From a bacterium (GTDB taxonomy: Bacteria > UBA8248), in contig CBDBBI010000010.1 in NCBI GenBank assembly GCA_965202625.1, positions 576,001 through 640,000 of the forward strand: DNA of 64,000 nucleotides, in the 5' to 3' direction. Position 1 is the stretch's first letter; the number at the start of each line of letters is the position of its first letter. The notes beneath the pieces are model-generated. The model was not told where the DNA came from. It ran no database searches and saw nothing but the letters and a program-made list of their open reading frames with translations. Made by a program: the position numbers and the translations under genes. Of this stretch, positions 32,750 through 41,706 are shown piece by piece.

Positions 32750-32777
32750 GAAAAGCCGAAGGTATGTTATGATCAAG
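32750..32777 (+). other. Degenerate dif-like (att-like) site
   Basis: GAAAAGCCGAA-GGTATG-TTATGATCAAG; shares the AAGGTAT.TTATG core and orientation with 33159-33186. Confidence 0.55.
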
Positions 32778-32779
32778 AG

Positions 32780-32881
32780 TCAACTACCAAAATACCAAGC
32801 CAAGAAACCACCTAAAAAACCACACAAAATACCAAGAGAAACATAAAACAAACAAGAATCAAACCAATGACGACCACGCAT
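32780..32881 (-). CDS. 33-aa single-TM peptide MRGRHWFDSCLFYVSLGILCGFLGGFLAWYFGS
   Basis: Intact ATG..TGA; 25 of 33 codons end in T; deleted paralogous copy at about 33066-33128. Confidence 0.5.
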   Translation of the reverse strand: MRGRHWFDSCLFYVSLGILCGFLGGFLAWYFGS

Positions 32882-33158
32882 ACTAAACTTCTTTCAGACT
32901 TAGACGAGCCAGCATGACGAGAAGAAGTATGAGATGAAGCCAGACGCCCACGAGCGCCGGGACGCTCATGGTCAATCGAATACGCTCCTCACAGCCGAGT
33001 ACCTTTCAACTTGAAAACCTTAATCATTTTCTGGCCACGACGACAGACCCATACGCATATCGATGTCAATCAAAATACCACGTCAAAGTAGCGGCCAAGA
33101 AACCACCCAAAAAAGCAAGAGAAACATACTAAACTTCTTTCAGAGAAAGAAATTCAGT

Positions 33159-33186
33159 TTAGATGATAAGGTATATTATGTAAAAT
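33159..33186 (+). other. dif: Chromosomal dif site (XerC/XerD recombination site)
   Basis: TTAGATGATAA-GGTATA-TTATGTAAAAT vs E. coli GGTGCGCATAA-TGTATA-TTATGTTAAAT; intergenic between convergent genes; polarity switch here. Confidence 0.88.
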
Positions 33187-33209
33187 AGCAAAAATTTACG
33201 GGTTTGTTG

Positions 33210-34217
33210 TCACGCCTCGCGCCGTGAGAGGTCCGGGTCGGCGTGACCTTCGACATCGATTTCAAACCCCGCGTTTCGAATCATTTGATGTGCTGCTTCA
33301 GGCTTCTGGCCAGGCGTGGTGAGATAGCCGTCCACGAAAATGGAATTAGCGGGGAAGAGCGCTAGAGGCTGCAATTCCCTCAGCTGCGCCTCCCTTCCCC
33401 CAGCGACCCGAATTTCGGAGCGGGGATTGTAAAAGCGCATCAGGCACAAAAGTTTGAGGCAGGTCGTCGGTCCAAGTAGAGGCGTTCCTTCGAGCGGCGT
33501 GCCACCAATGGGATTGAGAAAATTGACGGGGATGGATTCTGGGCCGAGCGCGCGTAGCACCCGGCAAACGGAAATCACGTCATCGACCCTCTCCCCTTGC
33601 CCGAAGATCACGCCGGAGCATAGCTCGAGATTCGCCCGACGCGCCGTGTTCAGGGTGTCCAGCCGATCGTTGTAGGTGTGCGTGCCGCAAATTTCTGAAT
33701 AATAGCGAGCACTCGTGTTGAGGTTGTGGTTGAGGCGGCTAACGCCTGCCTCGCTGAGTCTCTCGGCTTGCTGAGGGGCGAGCAGGCCGAGGGAGCAACA
33801 TATGGAGAGACTATGGCGCGATTTGATCTTGGAGACGGCGCGGCAGATTTTTTCAATTTCCTCATCTGCTGGCCCCCGCGCGCTGATGACGATGCAGTAG
33901 CGTCTCGAGCCCGCCGCCTCGGCTCGCGCTGCTCCCGCAAGGAGTTGAGCCTCATTCACCAAAGCATATCTCTCGATTTGAGCACCGGAAACGGCCGACT
34001 GCGAGCAATACGCGCAATCTTCTGGGCAAATGCCGCTCTTGGCGTTGATGAGGTAGTGAATCTGCACCTTTTTCCCAAAATGGGCGCGACGAACGGAAAA
34101 AGCGGCATCGAGAAGTTTAAGAATGTCGTCGTCCGGCGCATGAATAACGGAAAGCGCATCCTTCCGGCTGAGGTCTTCATCCGTAAGGCTGCGCCGCGCC
34201 AGCGCATGGTAATTCAA
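33210..34217 (-). CDS. bioB: Biotin synthase
   Basis: CPEDCAYCSQS radical-SAM motif, NHNLNT, CSGVIFG, SIPVNFL, YLTT. Confidence 0.96.
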   Translation of the reverse strand: MNYHALARRSLTDEDLSRKDALSVIHAPDDDILKLLDAAFSVRRAHFGKKVQIHYLINAKSGICPEDCAYCSQSAVSGAQIERYALVNEAQLLAGAARAEAAGSRRYCIVISARGPADEEIEKICRAVSKIKSRHSLSICCSLGLLAPQQAERLSEAGVSRLNHNLNTSARYYSEICGTHTYNDRLDTLNTARRANLELCSGVIFGQGERVDDVISVCRVLRALGPESIPVNFLNPIGGTPLEGTPLLGPTTCLKLLCLMRFYNPRSEIRVAGGREAQLRELQPLALFPANSIFVDGYLTTPGQKPEAAHQMIRNAGFEIDVEGHADPDLSRREA

Positions 34218-34423
34218 GGCGTTTTCCCTCTCCTGGGCGTGGGCCTTGCACCATAGCGTGCACCCCGTTCTTTAGCAAATGAGGACATAGAACATCGTCG
34301 CAAAATCAAGGTTTCCCTTGTCTTGAACCCCTGCCTGCCCTTATTATGAATGCGAGTACGCAAAACTTAAAGTAACTTATAAACATATACCAACTCCAAC
34401 TTTTTAGATCAAAGAATTATGAT

Positions 34424-37318
34424 ATGAAACCTTATGGAAAACTTGAAGATGAATTGCGCAACGCCATTCAGGGTGATGTGCAATTTGACGTTTTCACCCG
34501 AAAAATATACAGCACAGACGCGAGCATGTACCAGATAGAACCCGTGGGCGTCGTCCTGCCCAAGACGAACGCTGACGTGCGAGAGGCGCTCAAAATCGCC
34601 AAGCACCACCGCGCTGCCATCTTGCCCCGGGGGGGCGGCACCAGCCTTGCTGGCCAGACGGTGGGCGAGGCATTGATTCTCGATTTCTCCAAATATATGA
34701 ACCGGGCACTTGAACTCAACGCCGAGGAGGGATGGGCGCGCGTCCAGCCGGGACTGGTGCAGGATCATTTCAACAATTACCTGAAGCCGCACGGCCTTGT
34801 TTTTGGCCCGAATACGTCCACAAGCAGCCGCGCCACCATCGGCGGCATGATGGGGAACAATTCCTCTGGTTCACGTTCCATCGTTTACGGGAAGACGGTG
34901 GACCACGTCATCGAGGTGGCCGGTTATTTCGCCGATGCTGAGCCTTTCTCCTTCGGTCCAAAGGATACGCGTTCTCTCGAATCTCTCATGAATGAGGATT
35001 CGCGTGTCGGCGCGCTTCATAAGGCGATTAAAGATATAGTGGACGCGCATCGAAGCGAGATTGAAGACCGATACCCTAGGATCATGCGCCGCGTGAGCGG
35101 ATACAACCTTGATGAACTCGCCAAGGAGACGCAGCTCTTTAACCTCGCTAAGCTCATGGTGGGCGCCGAGGGCACGCTGGCCGTGACGACGGAAGCCAAA
35201 GTGCGCGTGTGTCCTCTTCCGAAGGCGCTCGGCGTTCTAGTCGTTCACTTCCAAAACATTGAGGAAGCCCTCGCCGCGAGCACGACGATTCTCGCCCACG
35301 ACGTGGCGGCGATAGAGCTCATCGACAGGGTGATCATCGATCTCGCGAAAAAAAATCTCGAAGCCCAGCGCCTCATGCGCAGCTTTGTTGTGGGTGATCC
35401 GGATTGTTTTCTGACTATAGAGTTTTTCGCCGAGAACGACGTTGAAGCGAGGGAAAAGGTCAGACGCCTTCAAGATGAACTGGAGGTGAAAAACGTCGGC
35501 TACGCGCGTGTTCCTCTGGATAACCCCGCACATCAGCAAGATTGCCTGAACATGCGAAAGGCGGGACTAGGCTTTCTCCTCGGACGGCGTGGCGACTGGA
35601 AGCCCTACGCCTTCGTGGAGGATTGTGCGGTGGCACCCGAGCGTCTTTTGTCCTATTACCAGCGCTTCGAGGCTATCCTGAAAAAGTATGGCACGGCTAC
35701 CTCCTACTACGGGCATACGAGCGTGGGCTTGCTTCACCTACGCCCGCTCATCAACATTAAAAACGACGTGGAGGTCAAAAAAATGGCATCCATCGCCGAG
35801 GAGGTTTCCGAGCTTGTGCTCGAATACGACGGGGCCATGAGCGGGGAACACGGGGACGGGCTGGCAAGAAGCCAGTGGGTGCCCAAATTCTTTGGCGAGA
35901 AGCTCTATGACGCATTCTTAGAGGTGAAACGGCTCTTTGACCCGGAGAACCGTATGAACCCGGGAAAAATCGTGAACGCGCTCCCCTTCACCCAGAATCT
36001 GCGCTTTGACGGCTCTTACCAAACCCCTGAGATACCGACCATCATGGATTTTTCGGGCGACGGCGGATTTGCGCGTGCGGTGGAGCTTTGCAACGGGGTG
36101 GGGGCCTGCCGAAAGCGAGACGGCACGATGTGTCCCTCCTATCAGGCGACGCTAGAGGAGGAGCACTCAACGCGCGGGCGGGCGAACGCGCTTCGGGAAG
36201 TCATCGCGAACGGAATCCCCGGAGAGGATTTGGGCAGCGAGCGCCTTTATGAGGTGCTGGACCTTTGCCTGTCCTGCAAGGGCTGCAAGGCGGAGTGCCC
36301 ATCGAGCGTGGACATGGCGAAAATCAAGGCAGAAGTGCTTCAGGCCCACTACGACAAGAATGGGACCCCACTCCGTGCGCGGTTGATGGGACGCATCGCG
36401 CGCGTCAATCGCCTGAGTGCCCCCGTGGCGCCTATCGTGAACTGGACGCTCGCCAACCGCTTCATGCGTTCCCTGCTCGACAGGTTCTTAGGCATAGACA
36501 AGCGCAGGATGCTCCCTCCCCTGGCGACACCCACATTTGAGGAATGGTTTCGAAGCCGCCCCACCGCTCGAAACGCGACCCGCAGAGGAGAGGTTTTGTT
36601 CTTGAACGATACCTTTACGAACTTTCATTACCCGGAGATCGGCAAAGCCGCGGTCAAGGTGCTGGAGGCGGCCGGCTTCGAGGTGGCGCTCGCCGAGACG
36701 GGCTGCTGTGGACGGCCCATGATATCGCACGGCCTTCTGCGCGAGGGCCAAAAGCTGGCGCAGGAGAACGTCGCCCGTCTCTCTCCTGCCATAGAAGCGG
36801 GTTTGCCAATCGTCGGCGTCGAGCCAAGCTGCCTGTTGACTTTTCGGGATGAATATCCAGATCTCGTGGCGGGCGACATGGCCAGGCGCCTGGCGAAAAA
36901 TTCCTGGATGCTCGAGGATTTTTTGCAGAACCTCCATCAAAGGGGCGCGCTCGCCCTGAAATTCAAGGCCCAGCAGCGAGATGAACCGATGAAAGCCTTG
37001 TTTCATGGGCATTGCCATCAAAAGGCTTTGGTCGGCATGGGGGCCTCCCTTGAAGCTCTGGAGATGATCCCCGGTTTGGAGGTGAGCCAGATTCCTTCCG
37101 GCTGTTGCGGCATGGCGGGCTCGTTCGGCTACGAGAAAGAACACTTCGATATCTCCCTCGCCATCGGCGAGACGAAGCTCTTCCCCGCCCTGAGAGAAAG
37201 CGAGGCGAACGCCACGGCGATTGCGAACGGCGTCTCCTGCCGACAGCAGATCGCCGCCGGCACGGGAAAAAAGGCGCTTCACCTCGCCGAAGTGCTGGCG
37301 AACGCACTGGATGAGTGA
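34424..37318 (+). CDS. FAD-linked oxidase fused to 4Fe-4S dicluster and CCG domains (YdiJ/GlcD-F-like)
   Basis: PRGGGTSLAGQ, SGEHGDG, NPGK, CNGVGAC, CLSCKGCKAECP, CCGRP, CCGMAGSFG. Confidence 0.92.
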   Translation: MKPYGKLEDELRNAIQGDVQFDVFTRKIYSTDASMYQIEPVGVVLPKTNADVREALKIAKHHRAAILPRGGGTSLAGQTVGEALILDFSKYMNRALELNAEEGWARVQPGLVQDHFNNYLKPHGLVFGPNTSTSSRATIGGMMGNNSSGSRSIVYGKTVDHVIEVAGYFADAEPFSFGPKDTRSLESLMNEDSRVGALHKAIKDIVDAHRSEIEDRYPRIMRRVSGYNLDELAKETQLFNLAKLMVGAEGTLAVTTEAKVRVCPLPKALGVLVVHFQNIEEALAASTTILAHDVAAIELIDRVIIDLAKKNLEAQRLMRSFVVGDPDCFLTIEFFAENDVEAREKVRRLQDELEVKNVGYARVPLDNPAHQQDCLNMRKAGLGFLLGRRGDWKPYAFVEDCAVAPERLLSYYQRFEAILKKYGTATSYYGHTSVGLLHLRPLINIKNDVEVKKMASIAEEVSELVLEYDGAMSGEHGDGLARSQWVPKFFGEKLYDAFLEVKRLFDPENRMNPGKIVNALPFTQNLRFDGSYQTPEIPTIMDFSGDGGFARAVELCNGVGACRKRDGTMCPSYQATLEEEHSTRGRANALREVIANGIPGEDLGSERLYEVLDLCLSCKGCKAECPSSVDMAKIKAEVLQAHYDKNGTPLRARLMGRIARVNRLSAPVAPIVNWTLANRFMRSLLDRFLGIDKRRMLPPLATPTFEEWFRSRPTARNATRRGEVLFLNDTFTNFHYPEIGKAAVKVLEAAGFEVALAETGCCGRPMISHGLLREGQKLAQENVARLSPAIEAGLPIVGVEPSCLLTFRDEYPDLVAGDMARRLAKNSWMLEDFLQNLHQRGALALKFKAQQRDEPMKALFHGHCHQKALVGMGASLEALEMIPGLEVSQIPSGCCGMAGSFGYEKEHFDISLAIGETKLFPALRESEANATAIANGVSCRQQIAAGTGKKALHLAEVLANALDE

Positions 37319-37365
37319 TAAATAATCACCAAGAACTTGCCCTACCAGAACAGGAGACCGTCGTC

Positions 37366-39053
37366 ATGTCGCAAACAATCGAGGCTGAGCAACGAAGACT
37401 GGGGCAGATATTCAGCGATGCTTATGATTTTATTATACCTCCATATCAACGCCCTTACGCATGGGCAACGGAACAAACATCCGCTCTGCTTGATGACCTC
37501 CAGACAGCTTCCGAAGCTAAAGAGATAGAGGATATGCCACCCTATTTCCTGGGAAGTATTGTTATTATCAAGAAAAAAGAGAAAGCATTATCCGAAGTCA
37601 TTGATGGCCAACAACGTCTCACGACTCTCACAATCCTACTTTGTGTCCTGCGCGAGCTCATTGAAGACGATGGAGTGCGAGATGCTCTTGATGAGCGCGT
37701 GGTTGCAAAAGGAGACGCTCTTAGGAACGTTGAGGATAGGATGAGATTGCAGTTGCGAGACCGGGACGAGATGTTCTTCAGGGAAAAGATACAGTCCAAG
37801 GGGCATCTGAAAAATTCTTGTTTGAAAGCTCACAGAAGAAGTTGTCGGATAGCCAGAAAGGAATATGCGAAAACGCCCGCTATTTGTGGGATAAACTTAA
37901 GAAAATTTCGAATTCTGACCAATCAAGCCTTGAGAAGTTGGCAAGGTTTCTTGACCAGCGTTGCTATCTGGTTGTCGTTTCCTCCTCAGACATAGATTCC
38001 GCATATCGCATATTTTCCGTGATGAACGATCGGGGCCTCAATCTTTCTCCTACCGACATCCTCAAGGCCGAAATTATTGGCCTGTTACCTGAGAATAGGC
38101 GTTCCACCTACACAAAAAAATGGGATGACCTCGAGGAAGGATTGGGACGCGAGAATTTCAGAAATCTCTTTGCGCATATCCGGATGATCTATATGCAGAG
38201 CAAACAGCAACAAACCTTGGCTCAAGAATTTCGAGAAAGCATCCTAACTCAGACGGAAACGAAAGGCGGAAAATTTATTGACGATGTGCTTATACCGTCC
38301 TCAGAGTCATACCTCATAGTTTTAAACGGGATTGCTCAAGACACCAAAAATGCCGAGGAGGTCAACAAGTATCTTAGGTATCTTCGTCGTCTCGACAATT
38401 CCGATTGGGTCCCGCCCGCAATCGCTTTCTTCAAGCGTTATGAGAATAATTTTGATGCGATTCTTAAGTTTGCACGCGATCTTGAACGTTTGGCTTATGC
38501 GTTATTTATCCGAAGAGCTCGCATCAACGAACGTATCAGCCGCTATGTGGATGTCCTACGCTCGATTGAGAAGGGATACGATCTTTATGAAGAAGCGTCA
38601 CTCCAATTGCAAGATCAGGAAAAGTCTGAGGTTCTTGAAGCACTCGGCGGCCCCATCTATAAGACCCGTTTTTGCAAGCCGTTACTCCTCCGCCTGGATA
38701 GTTTATTGGCCGATGCAGGAGCCAGATATGATCACAAGATAATCAGCGTCGAACATGTCCTTCCGCAAGACCCAAGCCCAGGGTCGAAATGGTTGGAATT
38801 GTTCCCCTGTGAGGAGGAGAGGAAAAACTGGACACACAAGATAGCCAATCTTCTTCTCCTATCGCGGTCAACAAACACGAAAGCGCAAAACTACGAATTC
38901 GAGCGTAAAAAACGAGAGTATTTTGAAAAAAGGGTCGTCACTACCTTTGCTCTCACATCCCAGGTGTTAAACGAATCCGAGTGGACAGTGGATGTCCTGG
39001 AAAAACGCCAACGAGAACTCTTGGAAAAATTGAAAAAAGAATGGCGTCTCTAG
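37366..39053 (+). pseudogene. DUF262/DUF1524 (GmrSD/SspE-like) nuclease, frameshifted near 37810
   Basis: PYQRPYAW, IDGQQRLTT in the first frame; MNDRG..L..DILK, EHVLPQ, ANLLLL..N in the second; the shift maps to an A5 run at 37810-37814; lower GC. Confidence 0.85.
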
Positions 39054-39114
39054 CTGAGGGACTCACCGAAAGAGTTTGGAAGATCCCCCCAGAGCACCAA
39101 TCATTTCTCCTATA

Positions 39115-40210
39115 CTAATCCGGATTCCGGATGACGGAGCGCAGCGTTTCGCCGCGCTCCATGGCCTCAAAGGCAGGCTCCACGTCCTCCAGCCCGATGA
39201 CTTTTGTGACCATGCGATCGAGGTCCAGCTCCCCCTTCTCATACCAGTCGGCGAGGAGCGGGAAATCCCTTGAAGGCAGGCAATCCCCATACCAGGACAC
39301 GCGCAGCGCACCGCCCAAGCCGAAGAACTGGAGCATGGGCAACTCCATCATCATGTCGGGAGCCGGCACACCGATGAGCGTGCAGGCACCGGATAAGTCG
39401 CGCGACCAGAGGGCTTGAAGAAGCGTCTGGGGCGTGCCCACGGCCTCAAAGGAATAATCGACGCCCCGCCCGCCGGTGAAGTCCTTTATCGCCTCTACCG
39501 GATCGGATTTCCGAGGCGTTGACGGTGGCGGTGGCACCGAACTCCCTTGCCCAGGCGAGTTTGTTCTCGGCGACGTCGACACCGATGATCTGAAACGCGC
39601 GCGACATCTTCGCCCCCATAATGACGCTGCATCCGACGCCGCCGCATCCATACACTGCCACGCTGCTTCCGCGTCTGACCTGGGCGGTGTAGAGTGATGC
39701 GCCCACGCCCGTCATCACCCCGCAGCCGATCAGACAGGCTTGCTCCGGCGTGCAGACGGTGGGCACCTTGATTGCCTGCTTCGCCGAGACGAGGGTGTGC
39801 GTGCAGAACGTGCCGATGCCGATGGAGGGGTTTAAGGCTTGTCCGTCTTTCTTCGCCCGCATCCTGGAGACCGCATTCAGACTCGCGGCACAAAGGTGAG
39901 GCTGACCGATGGCGCAGAACCGGCAAACGCCACAGGGTGCGCGCCAGGCGAGAACGACGTAATCCCCGACGCCCAGGTCGGACACGCCCTCCCCCACCTC
40001 CTGAATGACGCCCGCCCCCTCATGACCGAGGAGGTAAGGAAACTCATCCCCGATCTTTCCGAGCTTATAATGTAAGTCCGTGTGGCAGACGCCGCTTGCC
40101 TGGATTTTCACGAGAACCTCACCGGCCCCCGGGGAATCCAGTTCGATCTCCTCCACTTCCGTGCGCTCGCCAGCCTTCCTTGAAATCACGCCGTGGCCGA
40201 TGATGCTCAT
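39115..40210 (-). pseudogene. Zn-dependent alcohol dehydrogenase, S-(hydroxymethyl)mycothiol dehydrogenase-like, frameshifted near 39510
   Basis: GVCHTD, GHEGAG, CGVCRFC..C, GCGGVG in one frame; DPVEAIK..GVDYSFEAVG and SWYGDCLPSRDFP in the next. Confidence 0.85.
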
Positions 40211-40313
40211 GCGCTCCCTCCTGGTTCGCGTATTGTCCATGCACCCGCTACAATAAAATTTTTCTTAATGGGGTTATTCTCTCCTAGAAGGGGGGCTCAC
40301 ACAAGGAGGCGAT

Positions 40314-40800
40314 ATGACCGAGGAGTGGTATCCGCGTTTCTCGAAAGAAGGAGATAAGCTGGCGAGAGTTCTGACAAAAGCGGAAGGTCTCGACGCCTTT
40401 TTGTTCTTCAGACTTGGGGGACAAACTGCAACGCCCAAGCGAACATCTATTGGCTCTTCTGCTACAGGGATTTCAACCACTGCTCCCTCATTTTCCGAAA
40501 GAAGGTTCCCCTTCCCTATTCACGGGCCTTTACAACCATCTACACAACGCGCAGGTGTAATGCATCTTCGAGGACATGGGAAGCGATTCGGTTCGACGGA
40601 TGATACAGTCGCGCCTCATCGCCCCTCAGGGGATCTCATAATGAATGGGCACCGAGCGCGCGGAGCGATAGACGGAGGCCGACGCACGATATAACATCGC
40701 GCATGAATCGGGAGTGCATCCCGCAATCGAGAGCTCCGAGGACGCGGACACCCTCGCCGCCATCACGCTCGACGACCTGCTTGAGCGACTTTTTCAGCGC
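40314..40800 (+). pseudogene. Degraded gene fragment, possibly the N-terminus of an M24/creatinase-family peptidase
   Basis: AAGGAGG RBS then MTEEWYPRFSKE...GLDAFLFF, after which the sequence no longer reads as protein-like. Confidence 0.35.
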
Positions 40801-41067
40801 CCTTTCACAGCGTTTTGCCAGGGCGTTTCACCCCGGAAAATCCGCTGTTTTTCTAGGCCATTCGTAATTATTTTTACTTGGATATACTCATGCGTTTCCC
40901 CCTTCTCCGATCATGTACGCACATCCTCGTATTTCGCCCTCAACCGGATGCGGCTCTACTCTGGCGATGCGCACCACCCGCTCCGCTCGTTGCGTGAGGG
41001 CGCATTCAAGCGTAGTTTAGGGAAGTTAGGCGCGGCAGTCGGACGACAAAGCTAGAGGGAAAATTTT

Positions 41068-41685
41068 ATGGAATTCGCCATCAAGATTTACGATAGATCA
41101 GAGGCCGGCGCCTTGCGGGACGCGCATCGAAAAGCACACCTCGATTATCTGAAGCGCTTCGAGGGCGTCACCCGTTTCGCGGGTCCATTTCTCACCGATG
41201 ATGGGGAAGGTGAGCTAGGTAGTTTTCGCATTCTGAATTTAGCGGATCGCGCCGCCGCGGAGAGGCACGTGGCGGATGAGCCTTTCATCATCGAAGGGGT
41301 TCAGGAGCTCCCCTCAATTCATCGCTGGCGCGGTACCACGCCCCATTCATGGCGCGACTGTCCGCGAAAAAAGGGAAACCTTCAATTTTATATCCATGCA
41401 ATGGACAAACCGGATGGCGTCGTGATTCGGGAGGCGCACTATGAAGCGCACGTGGCTTACCTAAGCGAGAACGGCGATTCCGTGATGGCGCGCGGCCCGC
41501 TTCTCAGCGATGACGGACAGACGAGAAACGGCAGCGCGCTGTTGCTCGATTTTCCCGATATCGGATCGGCACGGGCGTTTTGGGCGGAGGAGCCTTACCA
41601 TAAGGCGGGCTTGTACGAGAGGGTGGAATTCTACGCTTGGCGCTTCGGGCGGGTGTTCGATCGGTTCAAGGTCCCTGCGCGGTGA
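41068..41685 (+). CDS. Tandem double YciI-domain protein
   Basis: Two repeats of D...R..HR/Y.AH..YL...GP.L.DDG...GS....(D/E)EP[FY]. Confidence 0.88.
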   Translation: MEFAIKIYDRSEAGALRDAHRKAHLDYLKRFEGVTRFAGPFLTDDGEGELGSFRILNLADRAAAERHVADEPFIIEGVQELPSIHRWRGTTPHSWRDCPRKKGNLQFYIHAMDKPDGVVIREAHYEAHVAYLSENGDSVMARGPLLSDDGQTRNGSALLLDFPDIGSARAFWAEEPYHKAGLYERVEFYAWRFGRVFDRFKVPAR

Positions 41686-41706
41686 TGCGCGATGCATCGG
41701 CCATTC

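Larger units (their letters stand above)
32610..33158 (-). mobile_element. Candidate Xer-integrated micro-element or ssDNA-phage relic: two diverged copies of a ~250-330-nt unit
   Basis: A/C-rich + strand unlike the flanks; exact blocks repeated (32716-32731=33046-33061; 32879-32898=33125-33144; 32799-32812=33094-33107; 32833-32845=33116-33128); abuts dif and contains a second dif-like site. Confidence 0.6.

Noticed and set aside
32611-32900. Long open frame when the complement is read without reversal (mirror-sequence artefact idea)
   Set aside because: Explained by the scarcity of A, and therefore of stop codons, on that strand; the true reverse complement gives RBS-led ORFs.
32883-32969. 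28-aa hydrophobic ORF MSVPALVGVWLHLILLLVMLARLSLKEV on the - strand
   Set aside because: It overlaps the frame that carries the T-ending codon bias and the inter-copy similarity (SSRH.GSSK), so it is probably a shadow frame. Not fully excluded.
32610-33158. CRISPR array interpretation of the repeated blocks
   Set aside because: No single repeat recurs at regular 60-75-nt spacing; each block occurs only 2-3 times at offsets of 246-330 nt, and no cas genes are present.
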